From NCBI RefSeq assembly GCF_009914755.1, contig NC_060930.1: a DNA stretch of 64,000 bases; one strand, written 5' to 3'. Every line of letters starts with the position of its first letter. Positions within the stretch are counted from its first letter, which is position 1. This DNA is from the human T2T-CHM13v2.0 reference genome, Homo sapiens. Positions 31,900-45,409 of the stretch are shown here, in pieces. The position numbers were made by a program, and so were the translations under genes. The notes below the pieces were generated by a model that was given only the letters and a program-made list of their open reading frames with translations, had not been told where the DNA came from and ran no database searches.

Positions 31900-33445
31900 G
31901 TCCTTTCTTCTGGCACAGTACAATATATTCTGGGTTCATTTTTATATTCCCTCCCCTAGAGCTAGAATAAACTGTTTGTCCAAGGAAACTTTGTTCCTTT
32001 TTTTGAAGAATGGCATTAGAAACTAAGATCTGTGTGCTAGGTATATTCATTGCTCCTGCAGTGTCATTGCTTCTAGACTCTCTCAGCTGACATAGCGATG
32101 AAATACATGTGTGTATACTAGTTTTGTATATATTCAATTCTGTACATATTTCTGTATGTTACCACCTCTGTTTCTATATTATACTGTACACAAGTTTGTA
32201 GAGATGTCTCCCAATTCTAACCCAGTATTATTTTCCATTATACATATATGGCAATATTGGAATTGTTTATTTGTTTTTCCAGGGGAAACAATATTATGAA
32301 AATATAGAACTTATGTACAATTCTTTTTGTTTTTAGTCTTATAAGTATCCAATCGTTTTCAGTTATTTAGATCATCATCTTTCCTTTGCCTCCCACAGCA
32401 AGATTATTTCATACATATGTAATATAGTTTGACTCTATTATCACAGTAAATGTTCCATCCTGGGATCTCAGACTTCCTAGATGATTTTTTAAAAATTTGC
32501 ATACATTAAGTTTTAATATTTGTGCCATAAAGTTCTATGCATCTGACACCTATATAGTGTAATGTGTCCACCATTACTGTATTATACAGAATAGTTTTAC
32601 AACCCTAAACAACCCACTATTATTCACCTATTCAACCCTTCCCTCTTCCCAAACTCTTAACAACCTGTTAGCCTCTCTATAATTTTGCATTTTGTGCAAT
32701 ATCATATAGATAGAATCATACAGTAGGTAACCTTTTCAGACTGGTTTATTTCATTTTGCAATTTGTATTTAAAATTCTTTCATGTTTTTGTGTGGCTAGA
32801 TGGCATGTCTCTATCATGGAATAGTATGCACTGTATGGATGTACTACAGTTTGTTTCTCCATTCACCTACTGTAGGACATCTCAATTACTTTCAGCTTCT
32901 GGCAATTATGAATGAAGCTGCTATAAATATTTGCATGTGGATTTTTTCATGGACATAAGTTTTTTAAGCAGTTGGGTAATACCTAGAAGTATGACTACTG
33001 GATGATACTGTAAAACTATTTTTAGCTTTGTAAGAATCTGCCAACCTATCTTTCCAAATGGACTAACTGTAACATTTTGCATTTCCACCATCAATGAATA
33101 AAAATTCTTGTTGCTTCCCACCCCCATCAGCAATTGGTGATGTCCATTTGTCGAAGTTTAACTATTTTAATAAGTATGTGGTAGTATTTCTCACAGCTGT
33201 TTTAATCTAGTGGTATTTAGCTGTTTTAATCTAGTGGTACTTCTCACAGCTGTTTGCTCTAGTGACAAAGGATATTGAACATCATTTCATATGCTATTTG
33301 CCATCTATATATCTTCTTTAGTCAAGTGTTCAGATATGTTGCCCATTTTTAAAATGGGTTGATTTCTTACTGTTGAGTTATCTGAGTTCCTTGCATATTT
33401 TGGATGCAAGCCCTTTAGTCTATAAGTGAATAGCAGATTTTTTTT
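31900..33445 (-). mobile_element. Old L1MC/MD-like element, right part
   Basis: Host sequence resumes at 'ttcttctggcacagtacaatatattctggg'. Includes 'tggcattagaaactaagatctgtgtgctaggt' and minus-strand ORF2 C-terminal phrases 'gcaattatgaatgaagctgctataaatattt'. Confidence 0.75.
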
Positions 33446-34610
33446 CTTAGTAGATGCCTTCTTTGAGTGTGTTTAATGTTTTCTGTAGCTGTAGGTGCCA
33501 GAGGCTTCAAATGCCTCTAGTGTCCCTTTTTGTTTCCCACCTTGATTTTTGGCTTCCTTAAGTACTCCTCTTCAGGGACAGTCTGTGTCCTGCAGTTTTT
33601 AAGCTATATCCTCTGTTAATATACTGAAGCTTTATTAATATGAGGGTAAGGTGTCAGGGAGGGAGAGATGTATATAATCTATGATTGAATAAGATTATAT
33701 ACAGTCTTTTCGTAGGCCTGTCTCTCTTGTCTGTGACTTCCCAAACAACCAGTAGTATAGCTTTTTTTCCATCTATATGAGAGACAGGGCTAAAAGGGAA
33801 TAAATGGAGGTGAGGAATAACCTCCTACCAACTGGAATAAGATTTTAGTAATGTTTACGCCCCTGGAGAGTGGGCCCTTTCTTGTTATGGAGAATTCTCT
33901 GGCATGTTACACAAAGATTATTCTGTGTCCACCTGATAGATTCATAAGAAACTTCTTCACCATAAGAAACTGCTAGGGTTCTTGGAAGTGTGTTTCCCCA
34001 TCCAGCAGTTTTTCATACTCAGCATCCATCATTTTGTTGAAATTATTATTATTATTATTATTATTTCAGACAGACTGTAGGTCTGTCTCCCAGGCTGGAG
34101 TGCAGTAACACCATCTTGGCTCACTGCAACCTCTGCCTCCCGGGTTCAAGCTATTCTCATGCATTAGCCTCCCAAGTAGCTGCAACTACAGATGCACACC
34201 ACCACACCTGGCTAATTTTTGTATTTTTAGTAGGGACAGGGTTTCACCACGTTGGCCAGGCTGGTCTTGAACTCCTGACCTCAAGTGATCCGCCCACCTC
34301 GGCCTCCCAAAGTGCTGAGATTACAGGCATGAGCCACTGCACCCAGGCTTTGTTGAAATTATTATTTAATTATCCCTATCAGATTATGGCTTTAGGAATG
34401 TCTGCTTCAAGTAAGCAGATCTCACCTGTGACTCTAGATTCGCCTCTCCAGATCTGGAGTGACAGCTTTCCCTGCAATATTAGTTCACTGGTGGATCTAA
34501 TGAAAGACATTGAGTTTCAACTTTTTCTGCTTTTTTGTTGTTGTTGCAAGGACATGAGTGATGACTTCCAAGATCTTTGCATGTTGAAGCTGAAAGTGGC
34601 AGTCATATGT
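33446..34610 (-). mobile_element. Ancient L1M 5'-region-like remnant split by an AluS
   Basis: 'ggtgccagaggcttcaaatgcctctagtgtcc' and 'gagtgatgacttccaagatctttgcatgttgaagctgaaa' resemble old L1M 5'UTR ends. Confidence 0.5.
34051..34348 (-). mobile_element. AluS (Sx/Sz-like) SINE with (ATT)n tail
   Basis: Full dimer. TSD tttgttgaaattattatt at 34033-34050 and 34349-34366. Confidence 0.92.
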
Positions 34611-35431
34611 TACTTTTTAATTAGAAAAAAATATATAATTTTTATAAGTGTCAGAATTTTTTAAGAATCATGATATACTAAAATGCTGAAAGAAATTTTT
34701 GAAGCCAAATAAAATGTTAAGGCCAACAAAAAAGGACATTTGAGCTAAAAGTCTACTAAGGAAGATTCATGGCCTGGAGAAGTGATATAAATAAACTCTG
34801 ACAGAGAGAAAGCAGAAATACTCAATTCTTATAAGATTTCTATTTATTTCATTACAAAGAATGATACTAAACTTTGAAAAAGCAGAACTAGCAAATTTTT
34901 AACTCAAATCTGAAACTTAAGATGAATAGATATAAAAAGATGCCTATCTTCTTTAGAGGAGATCATCTGGAGTCCCAAAAGGGCTATTGATAAGACTTCT
35001 GTGTTCATTAAAAATTTGGACTATTCAGATGGCTTCCAAAAATCATCCAAGTAAGCAAAACGTGATCAATATATAAATAAATTTGTAAATAATCAATGAT
35101 TTTGATCTGTCCCCAAAAATAATTAGTTGTTGATTAATTAAGAATTTGTAAGGTAATATTCTGTGGAATCATCACAGATAATGTCGAGAACAAGCCATGC
35201 TAAACAAACTTGACTTCCTTCTTCAGAAAATTAGCAGTCTTGTAGAGAAGAAAAATACCATCAGTATAATATTCTTGAATACAAGATGGAAAAATGATGT
35301 CTGGATGGCAGTATAATTAAGTGGATTTGTAATGGTTGGCACAAAAGCACCCAAGTGGTAATGAATACAATATCTAAATCAGGTAATTAGGAGGTTTGTG
35401 ATATAATGCTACTAGACTAGTTCCTAAAAAC

Positions 35432-35992
35432 ATAGCCACCATTCCACCCAGCAATCCCATTACTGGGTATATACTCAAAGGAATATAAAGCATTCTATCA
35501 TAAAGACACATGCACATGTCATGTTCATTGCAGCCCCATTCACAATAGCAAATACATGGAATCAACCTAAATACCCATCAATGACAGATGAAGTAAGGAA
35601 AATGTGGTACATATACAACATGGAATACTATGCAGCCATAAAATAGATCATATATTTTGTGGGAGCAAGGGTGGAGCTGTAGGCCATTATGCTTAGCAAA
35701 CTAACACAGGAACAGAAAACAAAATACTGCATGTCTTACGTATAAGTGGGAGCTAAAAGATGAGAACACATGGACACATAGAGAACCAACAGACACTGGG
35801 GCCTACCAGAGGATGGATGGTGGGAGGAGGGAGAGGATCAAGAAAAATAACGAATGGGTACTAGGCTTAATATCTGGGTGATGAAACAATCTGTACAACA
35901 AACTCTTATGAAACAAATTTAACATAGAACACACCTACACATGCATACCTGAACTTAAAAGTTAAAAATATATAAATATAAAAATAAATAAT
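35432..35992 (+). mobile_element. L1PA13-like 3' fragment
   Basis: 'ccacccagcaatcccattactgggtatatactcaaaggaatataaagcattctatcataaagacacatgc' through 'aatgggtactaggcttaatatctgggtgatgaaacaatctgtacaacaaa', then an A-rich tail. Confidence 0.85.
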
Positions 35993-35999
35993 GTAAAAC

Positions 36000-36363
36000 A
36001 CTAGTAACATATCAGAACAAACTCTAAAAGAAAAAAAATACAGTATTGGAGGCTATCCTAATCAAGCTTTTCAAAACTGACAAGAAACATCAAGCCACAA
36101 GTACATCAATTTTTCAGAAACTAATCAGGAAAATACAAACTACCATGATAGAACTAGCTCCGTGATAGAAAAAGTTTTGAAAACCAAAACCAAGAGAAGA
36201 TCTTGAAAATAGCTAAGGAAAAAACAAAACAAAACAACATAACACATTAACTTTAAGGGAACAACAATAAGCTTGACAGCCAATTGTTCATACCAATAAT
36301 GAAAACTAGAAGAAATTAAAATGGTATCTTTAGAGCTGTGAGAGAATATATGCCAGCTTCGAA

Positions 36364-36404
<41 letters not shown>

Positions 36405-37200
36405 CAAGCACACACATATATCCTTCGACAATAAGTTATTTCAATATAAGGACATATTCTGAAAAAAAAAATAATTGAGATACTGTCTTCAGGAGACATC
36501 AACTAAAGGAAATACTAAAAAGAGCTCTTCAGGCCAAAGGAGAATACTGAAACTTTCATAAACTACTGACGGGAGTATACTTCTTTGGTACCATATAATT
36601 TTGGAAAAATGTTTGACAGCATCAACTAAAGTTGAACACATATCTGCCACTTAACAAGCTATTCTATTCCTAGGTAAGCACTCAGCAGAAATGTATACAC
36701 AGGTATACCAAAATACAAGAATATTCATATTAGCTTTATTCAAAATAGTCAATACCTGAAAATAATCCAAATGTCCATTGTCAGAGAAATGGATAAATTG
36801 TAGGATATTCCTACAAGGTACACCATGTACCTTGAGATCCAGTTGCCCACTGCACTAACCCAGTCCCTGACACACATTTTGTTGATCTCTCTCTTTCTTG
36901 TATCACTTCTCCCACCCTCCCTTGTGAACCCTGGGGTCTCCTCTCAAATAAACCACCTGTGCCCAAACCCTCATCTTACAGTTCATTCTTGAGAAACACA
37001 AAGTAAGATAACTGGCCACTTTTGCAGTTGGTGATAACTGGGATGGGAAAAGAGGAATATTTCTAGGGTACTGCTAATATTCTTTGCCTTAATCTGTGTA
37101 GTGTTAAACTAATGTGTTTACTTAATAAAAAATTCACTGTGCATGTATAGTTTGTTCACTTTTTATTATATTTGGTATAGTTCATACAATAGGCTTATAC
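36000..37200 (+). mobile_element. Ancient L1ME-like fragments, with a possible LTR16/ERVL LTR piece at ~36830-37010
   Basis: ORF1-like 'agagaagatcttgaaaatagc' and 3' 'aataatccaaatgtccatt'. 'ctcaaataaaccacctgtgcccaaaccctcatct' resembles an ERVL LTR 3' end. Confidence 0.5.
36365..36402. repeat. (CA)n microsatellite
   Basis: About 18 perfect CA units. Confidence 0.97.
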
Positions 37201-38758
37201 AAAACAGTAATGTATATTAAAATGTCTAATGATAAATATTTTGATGTGCTGCTTTTGGTACTAGAGTACTGAAATAATCTAGTTTATAAAACAGCAATGT
37301 TTTTAGAAATTTTTTCATAAACCTTCTGTGAATTAAAAAAAGCATACATATATATAATATATATAGTGTGTGTGCATATTTTAAAATTAATTGATTTAAA
37401 TTATTTAATTCCATTAAATAATTAAAAATTAAACCATACATATATATATGCACACACACTACTACAGTTACCTATAGATAAGAAATTAAAGCGCTATGTG
37501 ACTTAAATTTTATATCTACAGTATTCATTTCAGGTTATATCAAATATTTAATACCAGCTATTCTTTGGGATTTGTTAGCATATCTTTTAAAACTTGCCTG
37601 CGGCAGTTACAAGAAGGAATGTAAAAAGTGGTTTTGATTATCGTTTTGGATTGTCAACCTTGACAGTTTGGGTGGGATTTATAGGCATGAAGAAAGAGTA
37701 CACAGACACTCACACAAGTATACCTTTATTCTATTCCTGGAGAAGATTCTTTCCCAAAATAAACAAAGAGCTTGTTATTCGTCAGAAGAATTAGAGTGGA
37801 GCTCTTTGGGACTAACCTGGGGCACAGGTGTCTGGAAACAAGAATTTACTAATGACCAGTTTGGATCTATAGGCACCTATGAAGAGATTTTTTTAAAGTC
37901 TGCTTTTTAGCAGACGTAAATCCCCTTTTATTTTATTTTATAGCCACAATCATAAAAATATGGCACTTTAAACTTCCATTTATTTATTCTGAAACAAAAG
38001 AGTTTAAATTTAAAAATAGAAGTTAAAAATAATGAGTTAGTATGTGGCTTACTGCTAAGAAGAAAGAAAACTAAGTCACTAATTTATTACTTGGATATCA
38101 TCAGAGGGGGCACTTTCAATAAGCAGATAGTGTAGAGAAGCTACTCAGGGTTATCATCCTCTCTAGGGAGGAACCTGAAAGAAACAGAACTATAAAAATC
38201 TAGTGGTGTCCCTGAAAAAATGTTTGTTTTCTTGTACCTAATGCCTTACCAATGCTTTAATGATTCATTAAAATGAGAGTTCCAAAGGATTGACTGTTGA
38301 AATACCCATGTTGTTTTCTAGGAATCAGTTTCTGACTAAGCTCCTCTCTGCTCTCATACTAAGCATGAATAAAATATATTCATAAGAGGATGATGGTGCC
38401 AGAGTAATAGAACTGAAGAATGCTGCATTCAGGTTTTTCTTTAAACTCTTTCACAATTTGATTGGAAGCTGAATTTCAAGATTCTTTGTTACTAACACCC
38501 ATGCATCATAATTGCTCAGGCATATTATCATCCATCCTTACATTGAGTCTGCATATAGCTTTACCCTGAAATCCGCATGTCTTTGTGAGGCATACATTTT
38601 TTTTTTTCATTTAAGTCCTTTTATTACAGTGGTGCCAGCTACTGCTGCTATCGTTAAATGCCTGTCAGCATTTCCATTATAAACCTTATTTTCAGGGGAT
38701 TTATAACCTAGCCATTTTAATTCACATTCGGCTGAAAGTTGCCATCGAAATTCTCAAC

Positions 38759-38969
38759 ATACAGTGGTTGCTGTTTTCTTTTATCACCAAATTTTATTTG
38801 AATCTGTTTATCTGCCTGAGATTTAGCAATATGTAAAACCATAACACTGACGTAGAAGAAAAATACAGTAGCTGCTGTTTTCTTTTATCACCAAATTTTA
38901 TTTGAATCTGTTTATCTGTCTGAGATTTAGCAATATGTAAAACCATAACACTGACATAGAGGAATAATA
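38759..38969. repeat. 104-bp tandem duplication (2 copies)
   Basis: 38759-38862 and 38863-38966 align without gaps, with 6 mismatches by eye. Confidence 0.95.
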
Positions 38970-39752
38970 GAGATTTGGTACATGTTTTCTAAAGTAAAAA
39001 TGCACACATGACAAATTAGAAAGGCGTTATTAAAATTGGCAGACCCTTAACAAGAAAAAGTTTTTAATGGATAACTTAAAACCACTATTATCAAAGGTAC
39101 ACAACTATTCTATGCTCATAGTTTTTAAAAATGTATATATTCCTGTGAAGACCAATGTATGTCATGAAAAAGTTATGGCCAATTCAGCATACCTTTCTCT
39201 TCACCATAATAGGCTTATGACATCATGAAATATAATATAAAGCCATATCCCTTTTGTTGTAAAATAAAACATCATGTACAAATATGACATTAAATTTTAT
39301 AAAAAATTCTAACTTTATTTTGATTCTTCATGAAGAAAACCATGCTTTAAATATGTTTATAGAACTTAAAATGTTTTCATGTCATCTGACTTCTTTAATT
39401 TTTTTATTGTTAGGGTAAGGATATGCTGGGCATTTTTAAACACTGTAAAAGCAATAATTCAGATATTTCATAAACATAGAAAAAGCTAAGATTACCTCAG
39501 GTCTTGTTACTGAAGGCAAGAAAACTTAAGAAACAAGCAGTCTAAGTTTGTGGAGATTTTATGTCAATGAATAAAAATCATACTTTGGCAAAACAGTGCT
39601 CACATTGAATACAGACAACTAAAAGCCTGAAGAAAACTCATGCAAAACATACAAAGTAGGCATAAAATGTATTTGGACTTTCTTTGACTAGTAAGAGCAA
39701 TATGTTGAAGTCAAATAATTGAAAGGATAGTGGGATGTTTGATATTATATAG

Positions 39753-40220
39753 CGACAAAGACTTAATCCGTAACCCAAATTTAGTCAAGGTCCTCTGGGC
39801 CCTCTTCTCAAAAGGTCTTGGACTTTGTTCCTCTCTTTCTTCCTCCTGTCTTTGGCTAGCCCATCCTGTATTAGCAAGAATCCTGCTAAGTCAGTGCATT
39901 GAGAATGCCCAGTTCTTGATACCTGAGCACGTTCTCCATCTCCCACCTTTGAAATATAATTTCTTGGCCTACCTTTAGCTAGAATCCTGTTAGGCCAGTT
40001 TAGCAAGAATTACCCCACTATCCCTGATGTCTCTTCTTAGTAATTTTTCATTCACTGACCCCTGACTGTGTTCTCCAGCTATAAATTCCCAGGTGTCTTT
40101 GCTGTATTTGGAGTTGAGCCCAGATTTCTCTTTCCTATTGCAATATTGCTATTGTAATAGCCTGGACTAAAGTCTTCCTTAATGTCTTAACAAGTGTCAG
40201 AATAATTTTTTTCTTTAACA
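39753..40220 (+). mobile_element. MER31-like ERV1 solo LTR
   Basis: 'gacaaagact...tttagtcaaggtcctctgggccctcttctcaa', repeated 'agcaagaatcctgctaagtcagt' motif, ends 'aataatttttttctttaaca'. 4-bp TSD ATAG at 39749-39752 and 40221-40224. Confidence 0.8.
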
Positions 40221-40224
40221 ATAG

Positions 40225-40440
40225 TTGTCATTCAGTATTTGCCTGGCACTGACTATATGTTTTATACTATTTCACTTAAGGATCATAATAACTTTCTGAT
40301 GTGGAAATTATTATTATGTTCATTTTACATATGAGGAAACAGGGTAAATATGTTAAAGTACTTTGCCCAACATCATACAGAATAAGATGGCAGAGCCAAA
40401 ACTTAAACTCAGATTTGCCTAATTCTTAAACCTGTGAACT
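40225..40440 (-). mobile_element. MIR remnant
   Basis: 'attattatgttcattttacatatgaggaaacaggg...actttgcccaacatcatacag...ggcagagcc'. Confidence 0.7.
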
Positions 40441-41464
40441 CTTGGCCAAAAGTTACAAAGTGGAATAAAGGAAAGTAATATTCGTTTTGCATATGCATAT
40501 GTGTACATTTGTGTATACTAAAATAAAAGTAAAGTTAAATTACACTAAGTGACTCTCTGCTTCTCTGTTTCTTTGTATCTATAACACACTGGCTAGAGGT
40601 CTGAATGAAAGCATTTTAAAGTCATTCTACAAGAGTCAGTAAACCAGCACTCTGGTGCCCAGAAATTCCAGTCTTTATAGTACTTTATTCCATAAACTGT
40701 GAATAGCTTCTGCCAATAGCTGTTTACAATATTAGCCTTTTCAGCATCTGTAATTTGCTTCTTGAATTAGAGAAATTTTCCCCCCATATATCTATAGATT
40801 TGGCCCAACTTTTAGTGACGTTTCTTAAAAATGATGCTGGGTTAAACCCAGCAAAATCAGTTAGTATCACTCTCTTTCAAATCTAAAATCAAATTTTGGT
40901 GACTCTGTTTTTCATTCTCAATAGGAAAACTAAATTTGATTTCAATATTGGGATCAAATCTCTCATTCGTCTGTGATTTTAACCATACCCTTGAGTTTAT
41001 AGATTTGAAATTTGACCTTTCACAACACCATATTTTTCTATTAAATATATGCTTCTGGTTTACTTTTTAAGATACCAGACATCTTTATATTGGTTCTAGA
41101 ATTAAATTTAGTGAGTGCCTCAGCTCGGACCTTTACTGAAAAGTTTAGCTATAAGAGTTTTCTGCTTATTTTACTTAAACCAAAAGAACTTTTAATAATG
41201 TAAACTATGTTCTAGTAGAACTTTTTCTGTTTGCATGACCTCTCAGATTGTGTTCATTAACATGACATAAACATATATTAGCAATTTATATATAATTGTT
41301 TTAAGAACATTGACTAACAGCAGAATACCATCAGAGTTGGTTACCTTGTTTTTTACATGATCTCATGAAATTAATCCTAGAAACCCACCTCTATTACCCA
41401 CAATTTGTTTTCTGAAATTATTCAACTAATAAACAACCAATGTTATTCTTATTAAAGACATATT

Positions 41465-41770
41465 GGCCAGGCACAGTGGATCACACCTGTAATCTCAGCA
41501 CTTTGGGAGGCCGAGGTGGGTGGATCACTTGAGGTCAGGAGTTTGAGACCAGCCTGGTCAACATGGTGAAACCTTGTCTCTACTAAAAATACAAAAATTT
41601 TCTAGGATTGGTGGCACATGCCTGTAATCCCAGCTACTCAGGAGGCTGAGGCACGAGTTCGCTTGAACTTGGGAGGCAGAGGTTTCAGTGAGTCGAGATT
41701 GTGCCACTGTACCCTAGCCTCGGTGACAGAGTGAGACTCTGTCTCAAAAAACAAAACAAAACAGAACAAA
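41465..41770 (+). mobile_element. AluS (Sx/Sz-like) SINE
   Basis: Full dimer. TSD aaagacatatt at 41454-41464 and 41771-41781. Confidence 0.92.
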
Positions 41771-42276
41771 AAAGACATATTAACATCTACTAAGATTTAT
41801 ACATGTAAGAATGAATACCAATTTGGAAAAAAAGTGTATTTATTAATATTCTAAATTGAGTCTTCCATCTTTTCCTCTCATCTTCCTTTCTCCTTTTTTC
41901 CTTCCCTCCCTATTTTCCTCCTTACTAAATCATGGTCAGTTGAGATATAACAAACTACTCAAAGCTTTTAATTTTGTTTTATATCTCAATAAAAATATAT
42001 GATTGTTACTCTCTTAGGAAATAAATGAACTTACGTTTCTTTTTTTTTTTTGACTGATACAAAGTATTCTGTATAGTTTTATAATCTTTTTGTCATTGTA
42101 ATATTTTTTCTTGTGGAGGTGGGAAGTCACATGAACCTCTACTTCTATAATATATATTTATTATAAACTCTGTTGTCAAACCTCCACGGAACTCATTACA
42201 TGGTGCTATAGTTGTCTAAATAGCTGTCTTTCACTTTAGTTTTTATTCTTGTTACTAAAAATAATCTCTGATACCA

Positions 42277-42843
<567 letters not shown>

Positions 42844-43614
42844 TTAAAAAGACTCACAAGGCAAACACATAGACACACACGAACACTTCTCACTACATAC
42901 CACAAATACATAGGTGCACACATGTATGTGTGTATGCATACTCTTAACTGTTTGGTAGTTACTTGTAAGGGTTGTTTCTTTTTTAAATTCTTAATTTATA
43001 TTTTTATCTCAGTTATACATAGATATGGTTCTAAGTGAAAATTTTATGAAGTTTATAATTATAAACAGTAGCCCTGCACCCCCTGCCAACCTTAGATTCC
43101 AGTTTATTCATTGTAATTACTTTTTAAAATGCAATTATTTCTTCCTATACCACATTCGTCTCTGTTTCTTATAGTTCCACCATATTTCTAAATAAGTTGC
43201 TAACACTTAATTTTTTTCTTGAGTTTTCAGGTTAGTATTATCTAATAATGTTTTACCATGGACCTCTCTGATTAAACTCCATCCCTCCACCTTTTTGTTA
43301 TAATTACATCATAACTGTGGTTACATCAATATTCAGTGTTTCATTATGATAAACTTGAAAGCTGAGATCTAGGGTAGGAGACCATGAAATTCAGAAAAGA
43401 GGATTCTCTTATTTTCCTACTCAAAGATTTGTTCTAATAAAATAGGAAATCTGACATCCTCTTGTCTTCTTTCCTAGCCCAGCCTCCATCTTGGAGAGCC
43501 AATATTTCCCAACATTTACTGCCCTTGAGTGGCCCCTTGGTGCACTTCTTCAGCTTAGATGCAAAATGCAGGGTAGAGGAGGCCCCAAGGCACAAAGTGC
43601 TCCAGAATACCAAG

Positions 43615-43775
43615 TTTCTATTCTTTCTCTATTTCAAGTTTCTTTCTGTATTTCTTCCTTCCTCTCCTATTTTTCCCTCTTCGCTCTTCTTTCTACTCCT
43701 CCTCTTTATCCTCTTTCTCTCCTCCTAACCCTCCTCGTGCTCACACTTTTCTTTCTCCTACTCTTCTTCTTTCCT
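43615..43775 (+). repeat. CT-rich low-complexity (polypyrimidine) tract
   Basis: About 160 bp of almost only C and T. Confidence 0.85.
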
Positions 43776-44162
43776 GATGTAAGTGTAGCTACAAAGGCTT
43801 CAGTGGGATTTCCATTAGCTAGATGTTGGGAGAAAGCTACATAATAAAGGCTTGTTCGTACGAAGTTTGATTAAAATTTTCTCAACATTAGAAGGTACAT
43901 TTGCATTTTTAAAAAGGATTTATATTAACTGTTGAAGACACTTCATCAGTTAGATTTGTGTTGGCATATCGCACCTAGCAGTAAAACCTAGGTGGGGAAG
44001 TGTGGAGGTACATTAGGACAGATAAATACATTAGACAGGATTCTTTTCATTGCAAGTGAAGAAACTCAAACTAGCTTAATGAAATTATAAAAACTTACCA
44101 GTTCATGCAAACCTAGCTGGATTTAATCGCTTAACAACATAATGGAGAGTATATCTATCTCA

Positions 44163-44919
44163 GTGCAAATTGAAACCACAGTAAGATACTATCTCACACC
44201 TGTTAAGATGGCTTCTATAAAAACAAACAAAAAACAGAAAATAACAAGTGTTGGCAGGGATGTGGAAAAATGAGAACTCTTGTACACTGGTAGCGGGAAT
44301 GTAAAATGGTGCAACCACTATGGATAACAGTATAATCGTTCCTCAAAAAATTGAAATTAGAACTACTATATGATCCAGCAACCTCATTATAGGTCCAAAA
44401 TAATAAGAATCAAAGTCTCAAAGAGATACTTTGCACACTTGTTTTCATAGAAGTATTATTTACAGTAACCTAGCAGTTGAAATAATCCAAATGTCCATTG
44501 GCAGATGAATGAATAAACAAAATGTGATATTCAAATATACAATGGAATATTAATCATCCTTAAAAAGAAAGGAAATTCTGACACGTCATAACATGCATGA
44601 ATCACAAGGACATTATGCTAGCTAAATAAGTTAATCGCAAAAAGGGAAAATACGATATGATCCCACTTACATGAAGTATCTAAAGTAGTCAAATTCATAG
44701 AAATAGAAAGTAATGGTGATCCAGGGACTAGGGACAGACAGAAAAGGGGAGTCATTTAATGAGTATAGAATTTTAGTACCCAAGATGAAAAAGTTCTGGA
44801 GATCTGTAAATATATGAATATACTTAACACTACTGAACTTTATACTTGAAAATGATTAAGATGGTAAATTTCATGTAATATGGTTTTTTAAACCACAATT
44901 AAAATTAAAAAAAAAAAAA
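44163..44919 (+). mobile_element. L1MA/L1MB-like 3' fragment, apparently inserted into an old MaLR/ERVL LTR remnant (~44030-45200)
   Basis: 'tgcaaattgaaaccacagtaagatactatctcacacctgttaagatggc' through 'gatgaaaaagttctggagatc' to 'aaccacaattaaaattaaaaaaaa'. The upstream flank 'ggattcttttcattgcaagtgaagaaactcaaactagcttaa' is MLT1/LTR33-like. Confidence 0.8.
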
Positions 44920-45409
44920 CTTCAAAAAGAGCTTGTGTATCTCTTATCAACGTCAGTACCAGAGAGGTCTTTTCTATGGAACTGGATAGGTATTGGCCAT
45001 CTAAGGTATATGTTCTTTAAAAGTCATTATTGTATATGAAAGGGGTGCATCCTTCTTGATAGCTTATGGAAAAACTCAAAGAGATAAATTAATTGGAGAT
45101 CCCTGAGAAACATGGACTGGGGATGGGCTGGGGTTGGGGGCAGATACAATCCTAGCAGCAGGTATAATTTCCAGGACCACGTGTAGCAGCATTATGGAAT
45201 CGAGAGTGTGGTTTTAGCCAAGGACATAAATCTAGTCCTGAAGCCTGTTTTCAAGTACAAATTCTATTCTGACAAGGATTGTGACCAAAGTCTTGGGTCT
45301 TCTTAGCTGTGATTGCTTTTGTTTTTGATAGCCTTTTTCCCAATTCTACCTTTCCAAAATGGCAAATTTGCTGATGGTTTTCAGTTCTACCCTCTAATTT
45401 CAAGACAAT

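Noticed and set aside
34116-34664. 182-aa ORF, the longest in the track
   Set aside because: It is a translation of an antisense Alu ([10 protein letters not shown]...[18 protein letters not shown]) running into old L1 sequence. It starts at a non-ATG codon and has no gene context.
38759-38969. CRISPR-like or minisatellite array
   Set aside because: Only two adjacent copies with no spacers, in a eukaryotic context.
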